Assembly (NCBI GenBank): GCA_905612235.1
Contig: CAJQRF010000011.1
Coordinates: 40,835-104,834, forward strand
Source: an uncultured Pelagibacteraceae bacterium
Lineage (GTDB): Bacteria > Pseudomonadota > Alphaproteobacteria > Pelagibacterales > Pelagibacteraceae
DNA length: 64,000 bases
Direction: 5' to 3'
In this document: piece by piece, positions 29,268 to 37,757 of the stretch
Numbering within the stretch: position 1 is the stretch's first letter
How the letters are laid out: each line of letters starts with the position of its first letter
Translations under genes and position numbers: made by a program
Notes under the pieces: model-generated
Told to the model about the DNA's origin: nothing
What the model saw: the letters and a program-made list of their open reading frames with translations, nothing else
Databases searched by the model: none

Positions 29268-29642
29268 TTATTTTAATTTACCTTTTTCTCTTAGTTCTTT
29301 TCTGATTTTTGTGGCTGAAATTTTCTGAATTTCCTCAGACAAAACTATTTTTTCAATTTTGTAACCAACTCCTCTACCGTAGCAAATGTTTGTAATATTT
29401 GGCACAAGAACAACTTTAAATCTATTTTTAAATTTTGGGTCTAGTCTCTCAGTTATTTTTAATTTTACTTCGTTAAAATCAAATGGATTATCATCTACCC
29501 CTTTGACATCTCTTACCTGTATGCAAACTTGTCCTGTTTTCTTAATTATTTTTTCAAATAATGCGTAGTGTCCATCATGGAAAGGCTGCCATCTTCCAAG
29601 CATTTGTGCTGTTGGTTTTTTGTTATCCCACGCGTAAGACAT
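29268..29642 (-). CDS. small HxGH nucleotidyltransferase (NMNAT/cytidylyltransferase-like)
   Basis: 124 aa; GRWQPFHDGH (HxGH) and ISATKIR (ISxTxxR) motifs of the nucleotidylyl transferase superfamily. Confidence 0.65.
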   Translation of the reverse strand: MSYAWDNKKPTAQMLGRWQPFHDGHYALFEKIIKKTGQVCIQVRDVKGVDDNPFDFNEVKLKITERLDPKFKNRFKVVLVPNITNICYGRGVGYKIEKIVLSEEIQKISATKIRKELREKGKLK

Positions 29643-29644
29643 TG

Positions 29645-30052
29645 TTATTTAATTTCCCTTGAAATTTTTGCTGCCCATTCTTTAGCATTTTGAGTTGTTA
29701 CATGGTAATCATATTTTTCTGGTTTTACAAATAATGCATTTGTATCATCAAATCTTCCTTTTTTTATAGTATCTACCCATACCGTATAATCAGCATTAAA
29801 TAACTCTCTAGTTTTAGGCAACGGACAAATAAAGTCTGCAACTACACGATGCCCTTCTTTGATATACTTGTCAGCATAATCTGACATCCTTTTAGCTTGT
29901 CTTAATCTCGCTTCTGGTGAAAAATCCCAATCATTAAGCTGTTCTCTTATTTTGTCCGCATTAAGCCATTTTGCGTCTAGTAAGGCTGCAAGTTCAGAAG
30001 CCAAAGTTGTTTTTCCAGATCCTGGCAAACCCATTACAAGAATTTTCTTCAT
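29645..30052 (-). CDS. small P-loop kinase, adenylylsulfate (APS) kinase-like
   Basis: 135 aa; GLPGSGKTTLA Walker A, then NADKIREQLNDWDFSPEARLRQAKRM...VVADFICP, paralleling the CysC pattern D..R..L...LGFS..DR.EN.RR...FISP. Confidence 0.6.
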   Translation of the reverse strand: MKKILVMGLPGSGKTTLASELAALLDAKWLNADKIREQLNDWDFSPEARLRQAKRMSDYADKYIKEGHRVVADFICPLPKTRELFNADYTVWVDTIKKGRFDDTNALFVKPEKYDYHVTTQNAKEWAAKISREIK

Positions 30053-30073
30053 AAATTTTGTATACTTCAGTTT

Positions 30074-31303
30074 TTATGCGGTAGCAAGTCTTGGTAGTGG
30101 CTTCTCGTCAATCGGCAAGTGGACTAAAGTTGCAAAAAAAGAAAGAGCAATAGATAAATACCAAGCATAATCAAATGACCCATATTCATCATAAAAATAC
30201 CCTCCTAAATAAGCACCTAAAAATGATCCTATTTGATGACTAAAAAATACTAACCCATACAATGTTGCTAAATATTTTGTACCAAAAATTTGTGAAATGA
30301 TTCCGTTTGTTGGCGGAATAGTTGCTAACCAAAGAAATCCATAGAGCACACCAAAACCTATTGCTACATAAGTTGATGTAGGAAGAATTAGAAACAAAAT
30401 TAGTACAATTCCACGAGCAAAATATAAAATACTCAATAATATTTTTTTACTATATTTTCCTGACAAGTATCCAAAAGTTAGTGTGCCAAAAACATTAAAA
30501 AGACCTATTAAAGATAAAATTGCAGTAGCTGTCCATATTTCAAATCCACGTTCTTGAATGTAACTAGGTATGTGTGCTGAAACTAAAGTTATATTAAAAC
30601 CACAAACAAAGAAACCAAATGTTAAAAGTATAAAACCTTTATGATTAAATGCTTCTTTTAGAGCTTCTGTGAGAGTTTGATTGTCTACTTTAGTGCTGTC
30701 GCTTATATTCTTTTCTTTCTTAACTTCGCGAAGAAAGATCGCAGCAATTACTCCAAATAAAACTAGGTACAAATATGTGTTTAGTGTTTTTTCCCATCCA
30801 AACGCAGATAATGCGAATTTTGTGTATATAGGAGAAAAAAAATAACCAATTGATGCCATAGCAACCACAATTCCTATAGCCATACCTCTGGTTTTGTTTG
30901 GAAAATGCTTTCCAACCGCAGCAATCTGAACACTTATTGCTGTCCCACCTAAACCAATTCCAATTAGTAAACCTAAATTAATTTGAAAAAATATTCCTGT
31001 GTTTGGTCCTGAATAAAGCAAATAAATTCCTAATGCTACAAAGCAAGATGCAATTATTGTAACTTTTGCACTTCCAATTTTATCTGCTAAAGCACCAAAG
31101 ATTGGTGCAAACATTCCCCACATCAACATTTGCAATCCTATTGCTAAACCAAACTCTGTAATTGTGGACTGTAAATCTTTTACAAAAAAATCTGTAAATA
31201 ACCCAAAGACCATACGGAGTCCCATAAATACCGCAACTATTAAGCAAGCAGAAATAAGTGTAATGAGAGCTACTTGATTTGGAAAAAATTTTTCTTTTAT
31301 CAT
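30074..31303 (-). CDS. MFS transporter
   Basis: 409 aa, 12-TM pattern. Start overlaps the metC-like stop (ATGA). Confidence 0.85.
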   Translation of the reverse strand: MIKEKFFPNQVALITLISACLIVAVFMGLRMVFGLFTDFFVKDLQSTITEFGLAIGLQMLMWGMFAPIFGALADKIGSAKVTIIASCFVALGIYLLYSGPNTGIFFQINLGLLIGIGLGGTAISVQIAAVGKHFPNKTRGMAIGIVVAMASIGYFFSPIYTKFALSAFGWEKTLNTYLYLVLFGVIAAIFLREVKKEKNISDSTKVDNQTLTEALKEAFNHKGFILLTFGFFVCGFNITLVSAHIPSYIQERGFEIWTATAILSLIGLFNVFGTLTFGYLSGKYSKKILLSILYFARGIVLILFLILPTSTYVAIGFGVLYGFLWLATIPPTNGIISQIFGTKYLATLYGLVFFSHQIGSFLGAYLGGYFYDEYGSFDYAWYLSIALSFFATLVHLPIDEKPLPRLATA

Positions 31304-32478
31304 TTAATAAATTTTAAAGAACTTTTTAAATCATTTATTAAATCCTTAGGATCTTCAAGGCCGATATGTAAACGAACTAGGTGTTCATTTTTTTCAAATT
31401 TAAAATAACGTCTTGTTCCTAGTTCAACTGGATCTGTATAAACAACAAGACTTTCAAATCCTCCCCAACTATAGCCTATTCCAAAAAGCTCTAAAGAATT
31501 TACAAATTTATATATTGAGTTTTTACTCTTACTTTTTATAATTAAACTTAATAACCCTGATGCTCCTGAATAATATTTTTTCCATAATTTAAATTCTTTT
31601 GACGAAGTTTTGTAAGGGTATAATATTTTTGATATTTTTTTTTGATTTTTTAAAAAATTAATAACTGTTTTTGTACTTTCTTGATGCTTGTCCATTCTTA
31701 TATCTAATGTTCTTAATCCTCTTATAATTAAATAAGCATCATCTGGAGATAAACGATAACCTGATAAGTGATTGTACCACCAAACCTTTTTATAAACTTT
31801 TTTATTAACCGCAACAGTTCCCCCCATCACGTCGCTGTGGCCCGAATAATATTTAGTTGCTGACGTGATTGCCATATCAAAACCTAATTTTAATGGTTTA
31901 AAAAAATAGGCAGTTGCCCAAGTATTGTCTATAGCTGTTAAAATATTTTTACTTTTAGCAAAAGAAACTACTTTCCCTAGGTCCTGCATTTCAAATGTAT
32001 TGCTACCAGGATTTTCTACGTAAATTAGTTTAGTTTTTTTATTAATTTTATTTTTTAAGTCTTCAAAATTATTAGGGTTATACCAAACTGCCTTTACATT
32101 AAATTCTTTTAATAAATCATCTGTAAGTTTTTGTGTAGGTCTATACACGCCATCTGAAATTACTATTTCATCACCTGGTCTGCATATACTCATTATAGCT
32201 AAAACAACAGCACTAAATCCTGTTGGTGTTAAAAAAACTTGATAGGCATCTTCTAATCCTCTTAGAAATTTTTGTAATTGAACTGTTGTTTGCGTCCCTT
32301 GTCTTCCATAATCCCAATGTTCAACATCTTTATGTTCTGCAATATCTTTTTGATGTTTTCTTAATTCTTGCATCGTTTTAAATAATATTGTCGATGCACG
32401 TACTACAGGAGGATTAACTGATCTTGTATTATAATCTTTAGCTGCTGTTTTTAGGTATGTTTTTATTGATCTTTTCAT
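31300..32478 (-). CDS. metC: PLP-dependent cystathionine beta-lyase family enzyme
   Basis: TSATKYYSGHSDVMGG PLP-lysine motif of Cys/Met metabolism enzymes. ATG at 32478 preferred over the GTG at 32517. Confidence 0.78.
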   Translation of the reverse strand: MKRSIKTYLKTAAKDYNTRSVNPPVVRASTILFKTMQELRKHQKDIAEHKDVEHWDYGRQGTQTTVQLQKFLRGLEDAYQVFLTPTGFSAVVLAIMSICRPGDEIVISDGVYRPTQKLTDDLLKEFNVKAVWYNPNNFEDLKNKINKKTKLIYVENPGSNTFEMQDLGKVVSFAKSKNILTAIDNTWATAYFFKPLKLGFDMAITSATKYYSGHSDVMGGTVAVNKKVYKKVWWYNHLSGYRLSPDDAYLIIRGLRTLDIRMDKHQESTKTVINFLKNQKKISKILYPYKTSSKEFKLWKKYYSGASGLLSLIIKSKSKNSIYKFVNSLELFGIGYSWGGFESLVVYTDPVELGTRRYFKFEKNEHLVRLHIGLEDPKDLINDLKSSLKFIK

Positions 32479-32564
32479 AAAATATTTGATAACAAAATAG
32501 GAGAATGCTATATCCACCGGATAAGGTCAATCAGATTAACAAAAAAAATAAGGAGATAAAAAAT

Positions 32565-32648
32565 ATGGGTTATCCTAAAAAGCACCGAGGCAGAAGAAAA
32601 GTGGGTTCAAAAAAGAGAAGAGCTCGTAAAAGAAATAAGAGAAAATAG
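32565..32648 (+). CDS. 27-aa polybasic peptide (MGYPKKHRGRRKVGSKKRRARKRNKRK)
   Basis: Below the ORF-track cutoff. A perfect AAGGAG SD precedes the ATG with a 9-nt spacer (ATAAAAAAT). 17 of 27 residues are Lys/Arg. 18 nt upstream of the next + gene. Confidence 0.45.
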   Translation: MGYPKKHRGRRKVGSKKRRARKRNKRK

Positions 32649-32666
32649 CTTTTTATATAAGTAAAA

Positions 32667-33749
32667 ATGCACTCTAATAAGTTTTCAAATAAAGTAAAAA
32701 AATATGCTTTAATTTCATTTTTAATTCCATTGTTGACAATAAATTCCTGTCTCTTGCTTTATAAGTTTTTTGGAAATTTGTATGTATATCCTGCTCCAAA
32801 TTTTGACTACAGTAAAAATGAAGTTACGTACAGTTACGATAAATATAAAAATATTTTAAGTGATAATAAATCAAAATCATTTACTAATTGTCCTAAAAAC
32901 TATCTTACTAGAACTTTTGTAACTTATGATGGTATAAGAATTGAAACATTTGATAGAGATGGTCTACCCAGGGGAACCGCTAAAGACAATTATATAGCAA
33001 TCAATAAAATAGAAAAAAATACGCCGGATAAACAAAAAATTAAATCAATTATACTTAAAAAAACTAATATTAAAAATTTCCATTGTGTAAAAAATTATCA
33101 TTTTTTTTACGGATTGTTAGAAAAAGTAAATTTTTTAGAATCATTTTTGTTAAAAACTATCTTATTGAAAGAAAGTTCCTTTGCTAAAGTAAAAAACCCT
33201 TATTTGTATGGTGAGGTATCTATAAGTAGAACGGCCAGATATTTTCCTGCAGTATTTATATTTAAACCATTTATTATTTTAAGCGCTTTTATGCTTCTGT
33301 TATATTGGAAAAGTAATTTAAATTTATTTAATTATATTAAAAATGAAAATAAATTAGATTCGATTTCTAAAAAATTTTTTTATTTTGGTGTTCTTTCTTG
33401 TTTATTTTTAATCTTGCATGCAGTATTATTGGGTGTAGATTATGATTCAAGCATATTTAGGAAAATAAGAAGGTTAATAATAACTCTTTTTATAATTTTT
33501 GAATTAACTTCCCAAGTTTTATTAACAAAAAATATTTTTGATCATAAAAAATATTTAAAAAAATATATAAATCCAACTATTCTTAAAATGAAGATTATTT
33601 TTGTTGTAGTGATGTTTGTTATTACCATAATATCATTTACATTTTTGATTTATGGAGATCCAACAACTACATTCCAAAATGTTTTGGAATGGAATTATTT
33701 TAGTCTGCTTCTTGTTTACTATCTTTTAAGTAGATTGCTCTGGAAATAA
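32667..33749 (+). CDS. hypothetical membrane protein
   Basis: 360 aa; N-terminal signal/anchor, soluble middle, four or five C-terminal TM segments; no family recognised. Confidence 0.55.
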   Translation: MHSNKFSNKVKKYALISFLIPLLTINSCLLLYKFFGNLYVYPAPNFDYSKNEVTYSYDKYKNILSDNKSKSFTNCPKNYLTRTFVTYDGIRIETFDRDGLPRGTAKDNYIAINKIEKNTPDKQKIKSIILKKTNIKNFHCVKNYHFFYGLLEKVNFLESFLLKTILLKESSFAKVKNPYLYGEVSISRTARYFPAVFIFKPFIILSAFMLLLYWKSNLNLFNYIKNENKLDSISKKFFYFGVLSCLFLILHAVLLGVDYDSSIFRKIRRLIITLFIIFELTSQVLLTKNIFDHKKYLKKYINPTILKMKIIFVVVMFVITIISFTFLIYGDPTTTFQNVLEWNYFSLLLVYYLLSRLLWK

Positions 33750-33925
33750 AAACCTGGTCCACACACCCGAAGGTGCATGAACAAAAGTTTTTGGTTCGTC
33801 GTTTTAGGCGCTACCGCCGAACCCGCCACTCCACTTGTTTAGCGCTGCTTAGTGGAGTTTTCTGCCCTATAAGCTTGAACCTTTCGGTTTTTCCTTATCT
33901 GGCCAGTTAAGAGTTGCCTCTTAAG
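33750..33925 (-). ncRNA. unassigned structured small RNA (multi-hairpin, about 170 nt)
   Basis: ORF-free patch, much more GC-rich than its flanks, between convergent genes. Read on the minus strand it forms hairpins capped by GCAA (33914-17), GAAA (33882-85) and UUCG (33768-71), plus a 7-bp hairpin at 33829-57. A closing helix CUGGCC/GG(A)CCAG is followed by U5. Confidence 0.6.
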
Positions 33926-34004
33926 TCAAATACATTTAACCACATTAAAAAAAAAATTAAATCACTATTTAGTTGTTTTATAAGTCTAATAACTAACCTG
34001 TTAA

Positions 34005-35153
34005 CTATGGGGATAAATATTTATTGACAGTACTTGTTATCCAGCCACCACCCAAAACTTTGTCACCAATATTATTTGTTGAATAAAATACACATGCTTG
34101 TCCAGGCGAAATTCCTGCTTCTTCTTCTTCTAATTTTACTTCCGCTTTATTTTGTTTAATTTCAATTTTAGCTTTAATGAATCTTCCTGTGGATCTAACT
34201 TTAATAAATAAATTATTTTTGTAATTTTCAATATTACTTAAAATATTAACGTTTTTCAAAAAAATTTTATTTATCATCAACTCTGATCTTTTTCCTACGA
34301 TAACCTTATTTTCTTTTGCAATAATATTTACTACATACAGTGGTTCATCGTGAGAAATTCCAATTCCTTTTCTTTGACCAATTGTAAAATTAATTATCCC
34401 ATCATGTTTTCCAATAATGTTGTTTTTTGTATCGAAGATATCTCCTGCCATAAAAGATTCAGGCCTATATTTATTGATCACTGAAGCATAATTGCCATTA
34501 GGTACAAAACAAATATCTTGACTATCAGGCTTGTCTGCTACATTTAAATTTAGCTCTGTAGCAATGTTTCTTGTGTTTTTTTTATTTAAAGCACCTAAAG
34601 GAAACCTTAAAAAATTAAGCTGCTCTTGAGTTGTTGCAAAAAGAAAGTAGCTTTGATCTCTTGATATATCAAAAGCCCTATACATTTCTGCTTTACCATT
34701 ATTTTGAATTCTATTAACATAATGGCCTGTCACTAAGGTATCAGCATTTAAATCTTTAGCATAAGAATATAGATCTCTAAATTTTACTGTTTGGTTACAT
34801 GTAACGCATGGTATGGGTGTTTCTCCAGATGCATAACTATCAATAAATGATTCTATAACTTCTTCTCTAAATTTTTTTTGGTAGTATAAAATTTTATGAT
34901 TAATATTTAATTTTTGAGCTACTCTTTTTGCATCCAAAATATCTTGTCCAGCGCAGCATTGTTTTTTAGATTTTGAGGCTTTAGAATCGTCATAAAGCTT
35001 AAGTGTTATTCCCGTGACATCGTACCCTTCTTTTTTCATTAAACCAGCTACAGTAGATGAATCTACGCCACCTGACATAGCTACTACTACTTTTGTATCT
35101 TTAGGTTTCTTTAAAAAACCAAGTGAGTTTGTTTTTTTTTCCATAATGTTCAT
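34005..35153 (-). CDS. mnmA: tRNA-specific 2-thiouridylase
   Basis: PP-loop AMSGGVDSS, conserved cysteines, full MnmA-length pattern. Confidence 0.92.
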   Translation of the reverse strand: MNIMEKKTNSLGFLKKPKDTKVVVAMSGGVDSSTVAGLMKKEGYDVTGITLKLYDDSKASKSKKQCCAGQDILDAKRVAQKLNINHKILYYQKKFREEVIESFIDSYASGETPIPCVTCNQTVKFRDLYSYAKDLNADTLVTGHYVNRIQNNGKAEMYRAFDISRDQSYFLFATTQEQLNFLRFPLGALNKKNTRNIATELNLNVADKPDSQDICFVPNGNYASVINKYRPESFMAGDIFDTKNNIIGKHDGIINFTIGQRKGIGISHDEPLYVVNIIAKENKVIVGKRSELMINKIFLKNVNILSNIENYKNNLFIKVRSTGRFIKAKIEIKQNKAEVKLEEEEAGISPGQACVFYSTNNIGDKVLGGGWITSTVNKYLSP

Positions 35154-35199
35154 AAATTAATATGTTTGTTTTATTATATAAAATGATATTTTTCTACAA

Positions 35200-35376
35200 A
35201 TGTTTTTTATTTATGAACCTGGAGATTTTGTAATTAACCCTGATAATAAAGGTTGGGGAATTGGACAAATTCAGTCTATAGTAAAAAATAAAGTTACAGT
35301 CAATTTTGAAAATGTGGGCAAAAAAGTTATAAATAACAAAGAGATTTTATTAGAAAGAATTAAAAAAATTGAATAA
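35200..35376 (+). CDS. DUF3553-like small protein
   Basis: 58 aa, below the track cutoff; EPGDFVINPDNKGWGIGQIQSIVKNKVTVNFENVGKKVI matches the DUF3553 pattern common in alphaproteobacteria. Confidence 0.65.
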   Translation: MFFIYEPGDFVINPDNKGWGIGQIQSIVKNKVTVNFENVGKKVINNKEILLERIKKIE

Positions 35377-36151
35377 TTTAAATTTAAAAAATACAGCAGA
35401 AGATCTTATAGATACTTTTTTAAAAGCTGGAGAGGTAGCAAAAGAAATTAGTAAAAGTGGGATTAAAATTACAATCAAGCCAGACAATTCTCCCGTAACA
35501 AATGGAGATTTGGCTGTAGATGAAATTTTAAGAGTTAAAATAAAAACTATTACACCAGACATTCCAATTATTTCAGAAGAAACTGTAAATTTAAACATCG
35601 AGGTTAATAAGCAAAATAAAAATTTTTGGTTAATAGACCCAATAGATGGAACTAGAGACTATATAAATAAAAAAGATGAATATACTTTAAATGCAGCATT
35701 GATAATTAATTTAATGCCTGCAATTGGTATAGTTTACGCTCCAGCTAAAGATAGGTTGTTTTTTTCTTATGGTAAAAACCTAGCTTACGAAATCAAAAAT
35801 GGAAAAAAATCAATTTTAAATTGCAAAAAAGTAAATAAAAAAGATGTTATAGGGTTAGAAAATTCTCGAACAACACCAAATGAAGTTTTGGATATCTATG
35901 ATAAATTTAAAGTCACTAAAAAAGTGAAAATGTCCAGCTCTCTTAAATTTTGCACTTTAGCTTCCGGTGAAGCCGACATATACGCAGCTAATGCGAGAGC
36001 ATTTGAGTGGGATATAGCAGCAGGACATGCAGTATTAGAACACGCAGGAGGTTCTGTTAAAAATCATGAGGGAGAAATATTTTTTTACGGTAAAGATAAA
36101 TACAAAAATTTACCTTTAATTGCTTTAAGATCAAATTATTTAGATAAATAA
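35369..36151 (+). CDS. cysQ: inositol monophosphatase family protein, probable 3'(2'),5'-bisphosphate nucleotidase
   Basis: WLIDPIDGT and WDIAAGHAV motifs. TTG start at 35369 overlaps the small upstream ORF; the true start is uncertain. Confidence 0.75.
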   Translation: MNNLNLKNTAEDLIDTFLKAGEVAKEISKSGIKITIKPDNSPVTNGDLAVDEILRVKIKTITPDIPIISEETVNLNIEVNKQNKNFWLIDPIDGTRDYINKKDEYTLNAALIINLMPAIGIVYAPAKDRLFFSYGKNLAYEIKNGKKSILNCKKVNKKDVIGLENSRTTPNEVLDIYDKFKVTKKVKMSSSLKFCTLASGEADIYAANARAFEWDIAAGHAVLEHAGGSVKNHEGEIFFYGKDKYKNLPLIALRSNYLDK

Positions 36152-36241
36152 ATACAACTTAAAGTTGCGCCTAAATTGGTCATCATAACTCTTTTTATTT
36201 ATTAAAAAAAACAATATACTAATGCATTAAGGGGAGATTCT

Positions 36242-36514
36242 ATGTTGAAAAAGTTAATGTTTATAACTGTAATAGGTTTGCTTACATCAGGGTGCTTTAT
36301 GGCACCGCTGGCATTAATAGGTCCGCTATCGTCAGGATTTAGCACAGCTTCAATAATACAATCAGGCATATCTAGTGGGGCCAATTTATTAGTTAAAAAA
36401 TCTACAGGAAAAACTATTTCTGAACATATTTTTGAATCAACAAGTGAAGAAACTTTATCAAGTGCATATTTTCCAAAAAGCGCCAATTACAAAACTCAAT
36501 ATTCTCAAAAATAA
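36242..36514 (+). CDS. small putative lipoprotein
   Basis: 90 aa; signal peptide ending in the lipobox-like LLTSGC; GGGGAG SD upstream. Confidence 0.45.
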   Translation: MLKKLMFITVIGLLTSGCFMAPLALIGPLSSGFSTASIIQSGISSGANLLVKKSTGKTISEHIFESTSEETLSSAYFPKSANYKTQYSQK

Positions 36515-36550
36515 AAACTTCCTAAATAAAAAAATAATTTAAATACAGAT

Positions 36551-36676
36551 ATGTTGAAAACTATACTGACCATAGTGATATCAGTCACTGCATTCGGAAT
36601 TTTATTTTATTTTTATGTAAAAAAAATATTAAAAAAAAGATTAGATTTTTTATTAAAAAATAGTAAAAAAAAGTAA
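36551..36676 (+). CDS. possible 41-aa single-TM peptide
   Basis: MLKTILTIVISVTAFGILFYFYVKKILKKRLDFLLKNSKKK; fills an otherwise empty spacer. Composition could arise by chance in AT-rich DNA. Confidence 0.2.
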   Translation: MLKTILTIVISVTAFGILFYFYVKKILKKRLDFLLKNSKKK

Positions 36677-36679
36677 TAT

Positions 36680-37240
36680 TTAGAGCATTTTGCAAAATTT
36701 CAAAAACTCATCTTTAGGGATATCCAATACTCTCTTTGAAACTTCATAACTGAAACCAGATCTAGCCAAAATCGAAATATCCTTTTTGTAAAATAGGGAT
36801 CTATTACTTTCCTCTCTATTGGGGCCTATTCTTCTTTTTTTACATATTCTTATTGCGGAAAAAAAATCAGGATCAGATTCATTTTCTTTAATTTTAGATA
36901 TACTTCCCTTAATATATTCTTCATCAATTCCTTTTTTTATTAAATTATATCTAATTTTATTAAGTGAATATCCTCTTCTTAAAAATGATTTTGATTTAGC
37001 ATCTGAATAATACTTATCATTTAAAAGATTTTGATCAACTAAAGATAAAACTACTGTATCTATTAAATCAAAAATTTCTTTTTTACTGGTTTTTTTTTGA
37101 TTTATCTTAATTAATTTTTTAAAGAGATATGTTTTAAGCTGTTGTTTTGATGGACTGTATTTTTCTAAATAAGAATAGGCAAAATTTCTTATATCATCAA
37201 TTGTTGCCTCTAAATTCTTCTTATTTTTTATAGGATTCAT
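36680..37240 (-). CDS. recX: RecX-like regulatory protein
   Basis: 186 aa basic helical-repeat protein of RecX size and pattern; weak by-eye match only. Confidence 0.5.
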   Translation of the reverse strand: MNPIKNKKNLEATIDDIRNFAYSYLEKYSPSKQQLKTYLFKKLIKINQKKTSKKEIFDLIDTVVLSLVDQNLLNDKYYSDAKSKSFLRRGYSLNKIRYNLIKKGIDEEYIKGSISKIKENESDPDFFSAIRICKKRRIGPNREESNRSLFYKKDISILARSGFSYEVSKRVLDIPKDEFLKFCKML

Positions 37241-37275
37241 GATTTTAATATACTATATTATAAAACTAAATTTAT

Positions 37276-37749
37276 ATGCTAATGCAATTTCAAGATTTCT
37301 TAACATTTGAAAATATATATTTCTGGGCAAATTGTTTAATTCTGCCTTTTTGGATGTTGCTTATAGCTCTTCCAAATTCAAGATTTACTCAATTTTTTCT
37401 TAATTCAATTATTTTACCTTTGATTCTTGGTGCAATCTACACATACGTTATTTATCAGGCTATTTTACTTGAAGAATCTTTGTTCGATGTTTTCAAAATC
37501 TATTTGAATTTGGATAATTTATATACAGTATTTGCTACTGAAAGTTTTTTACTCGTTTTTTGGTTGCATTTCATTACGATAAATCTTTTTTTAGGATCTT
37601 GGATTGCTAGAGATGGAGTAAAGCATAACATTCAGCGAAAACTAGTTTGTGTTCCATTAATTTTAGTTTATTTTACTGGACCATTAGGGCTAGTCTCTTA
37701 TTGGTTTATAAGAATATTTCACGCAAAGAGATTAAGTTTTCATGATTAG
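37276..37749 (+). CDS. DUF4281 (ABA4-like) membrane protein
   Basis: 157 aa, four TM; N-terminal FxxANxLILPFWxLLIxxP pattern typical of the family. Confidence 0.5.
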   Translation: MLMQFQDFLTFENIYFWANCLILPFWMLLIALPNSRFTQFFLNSIILPLILGAIYTYVIYQAILLEESLFDVFKIYLNLDNLYTVFATESFLLVFWLHFITINLFLGSWIARDGVKHNIQRKLVCVPLILVYFTGPLGLVSYWFIRIFHAKRLSFHD

Positions 37750-37757
37750 ATAAATTT

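Noticed and set aside
33750-33925. Assigning the structured RNA to SRP RNA, tmRNA, RNase P RNA, 6S RNA or a tRNA.
   Set aside because: There is no SRP domain IV core, no tag ORF with a stop or T-arm/ACCA end, it is too short and lacks the P4 sequences of RNase P, it is not a long imperfect duplex, and it has no cloverleaf. It is left unassigned rather than force-fitted.
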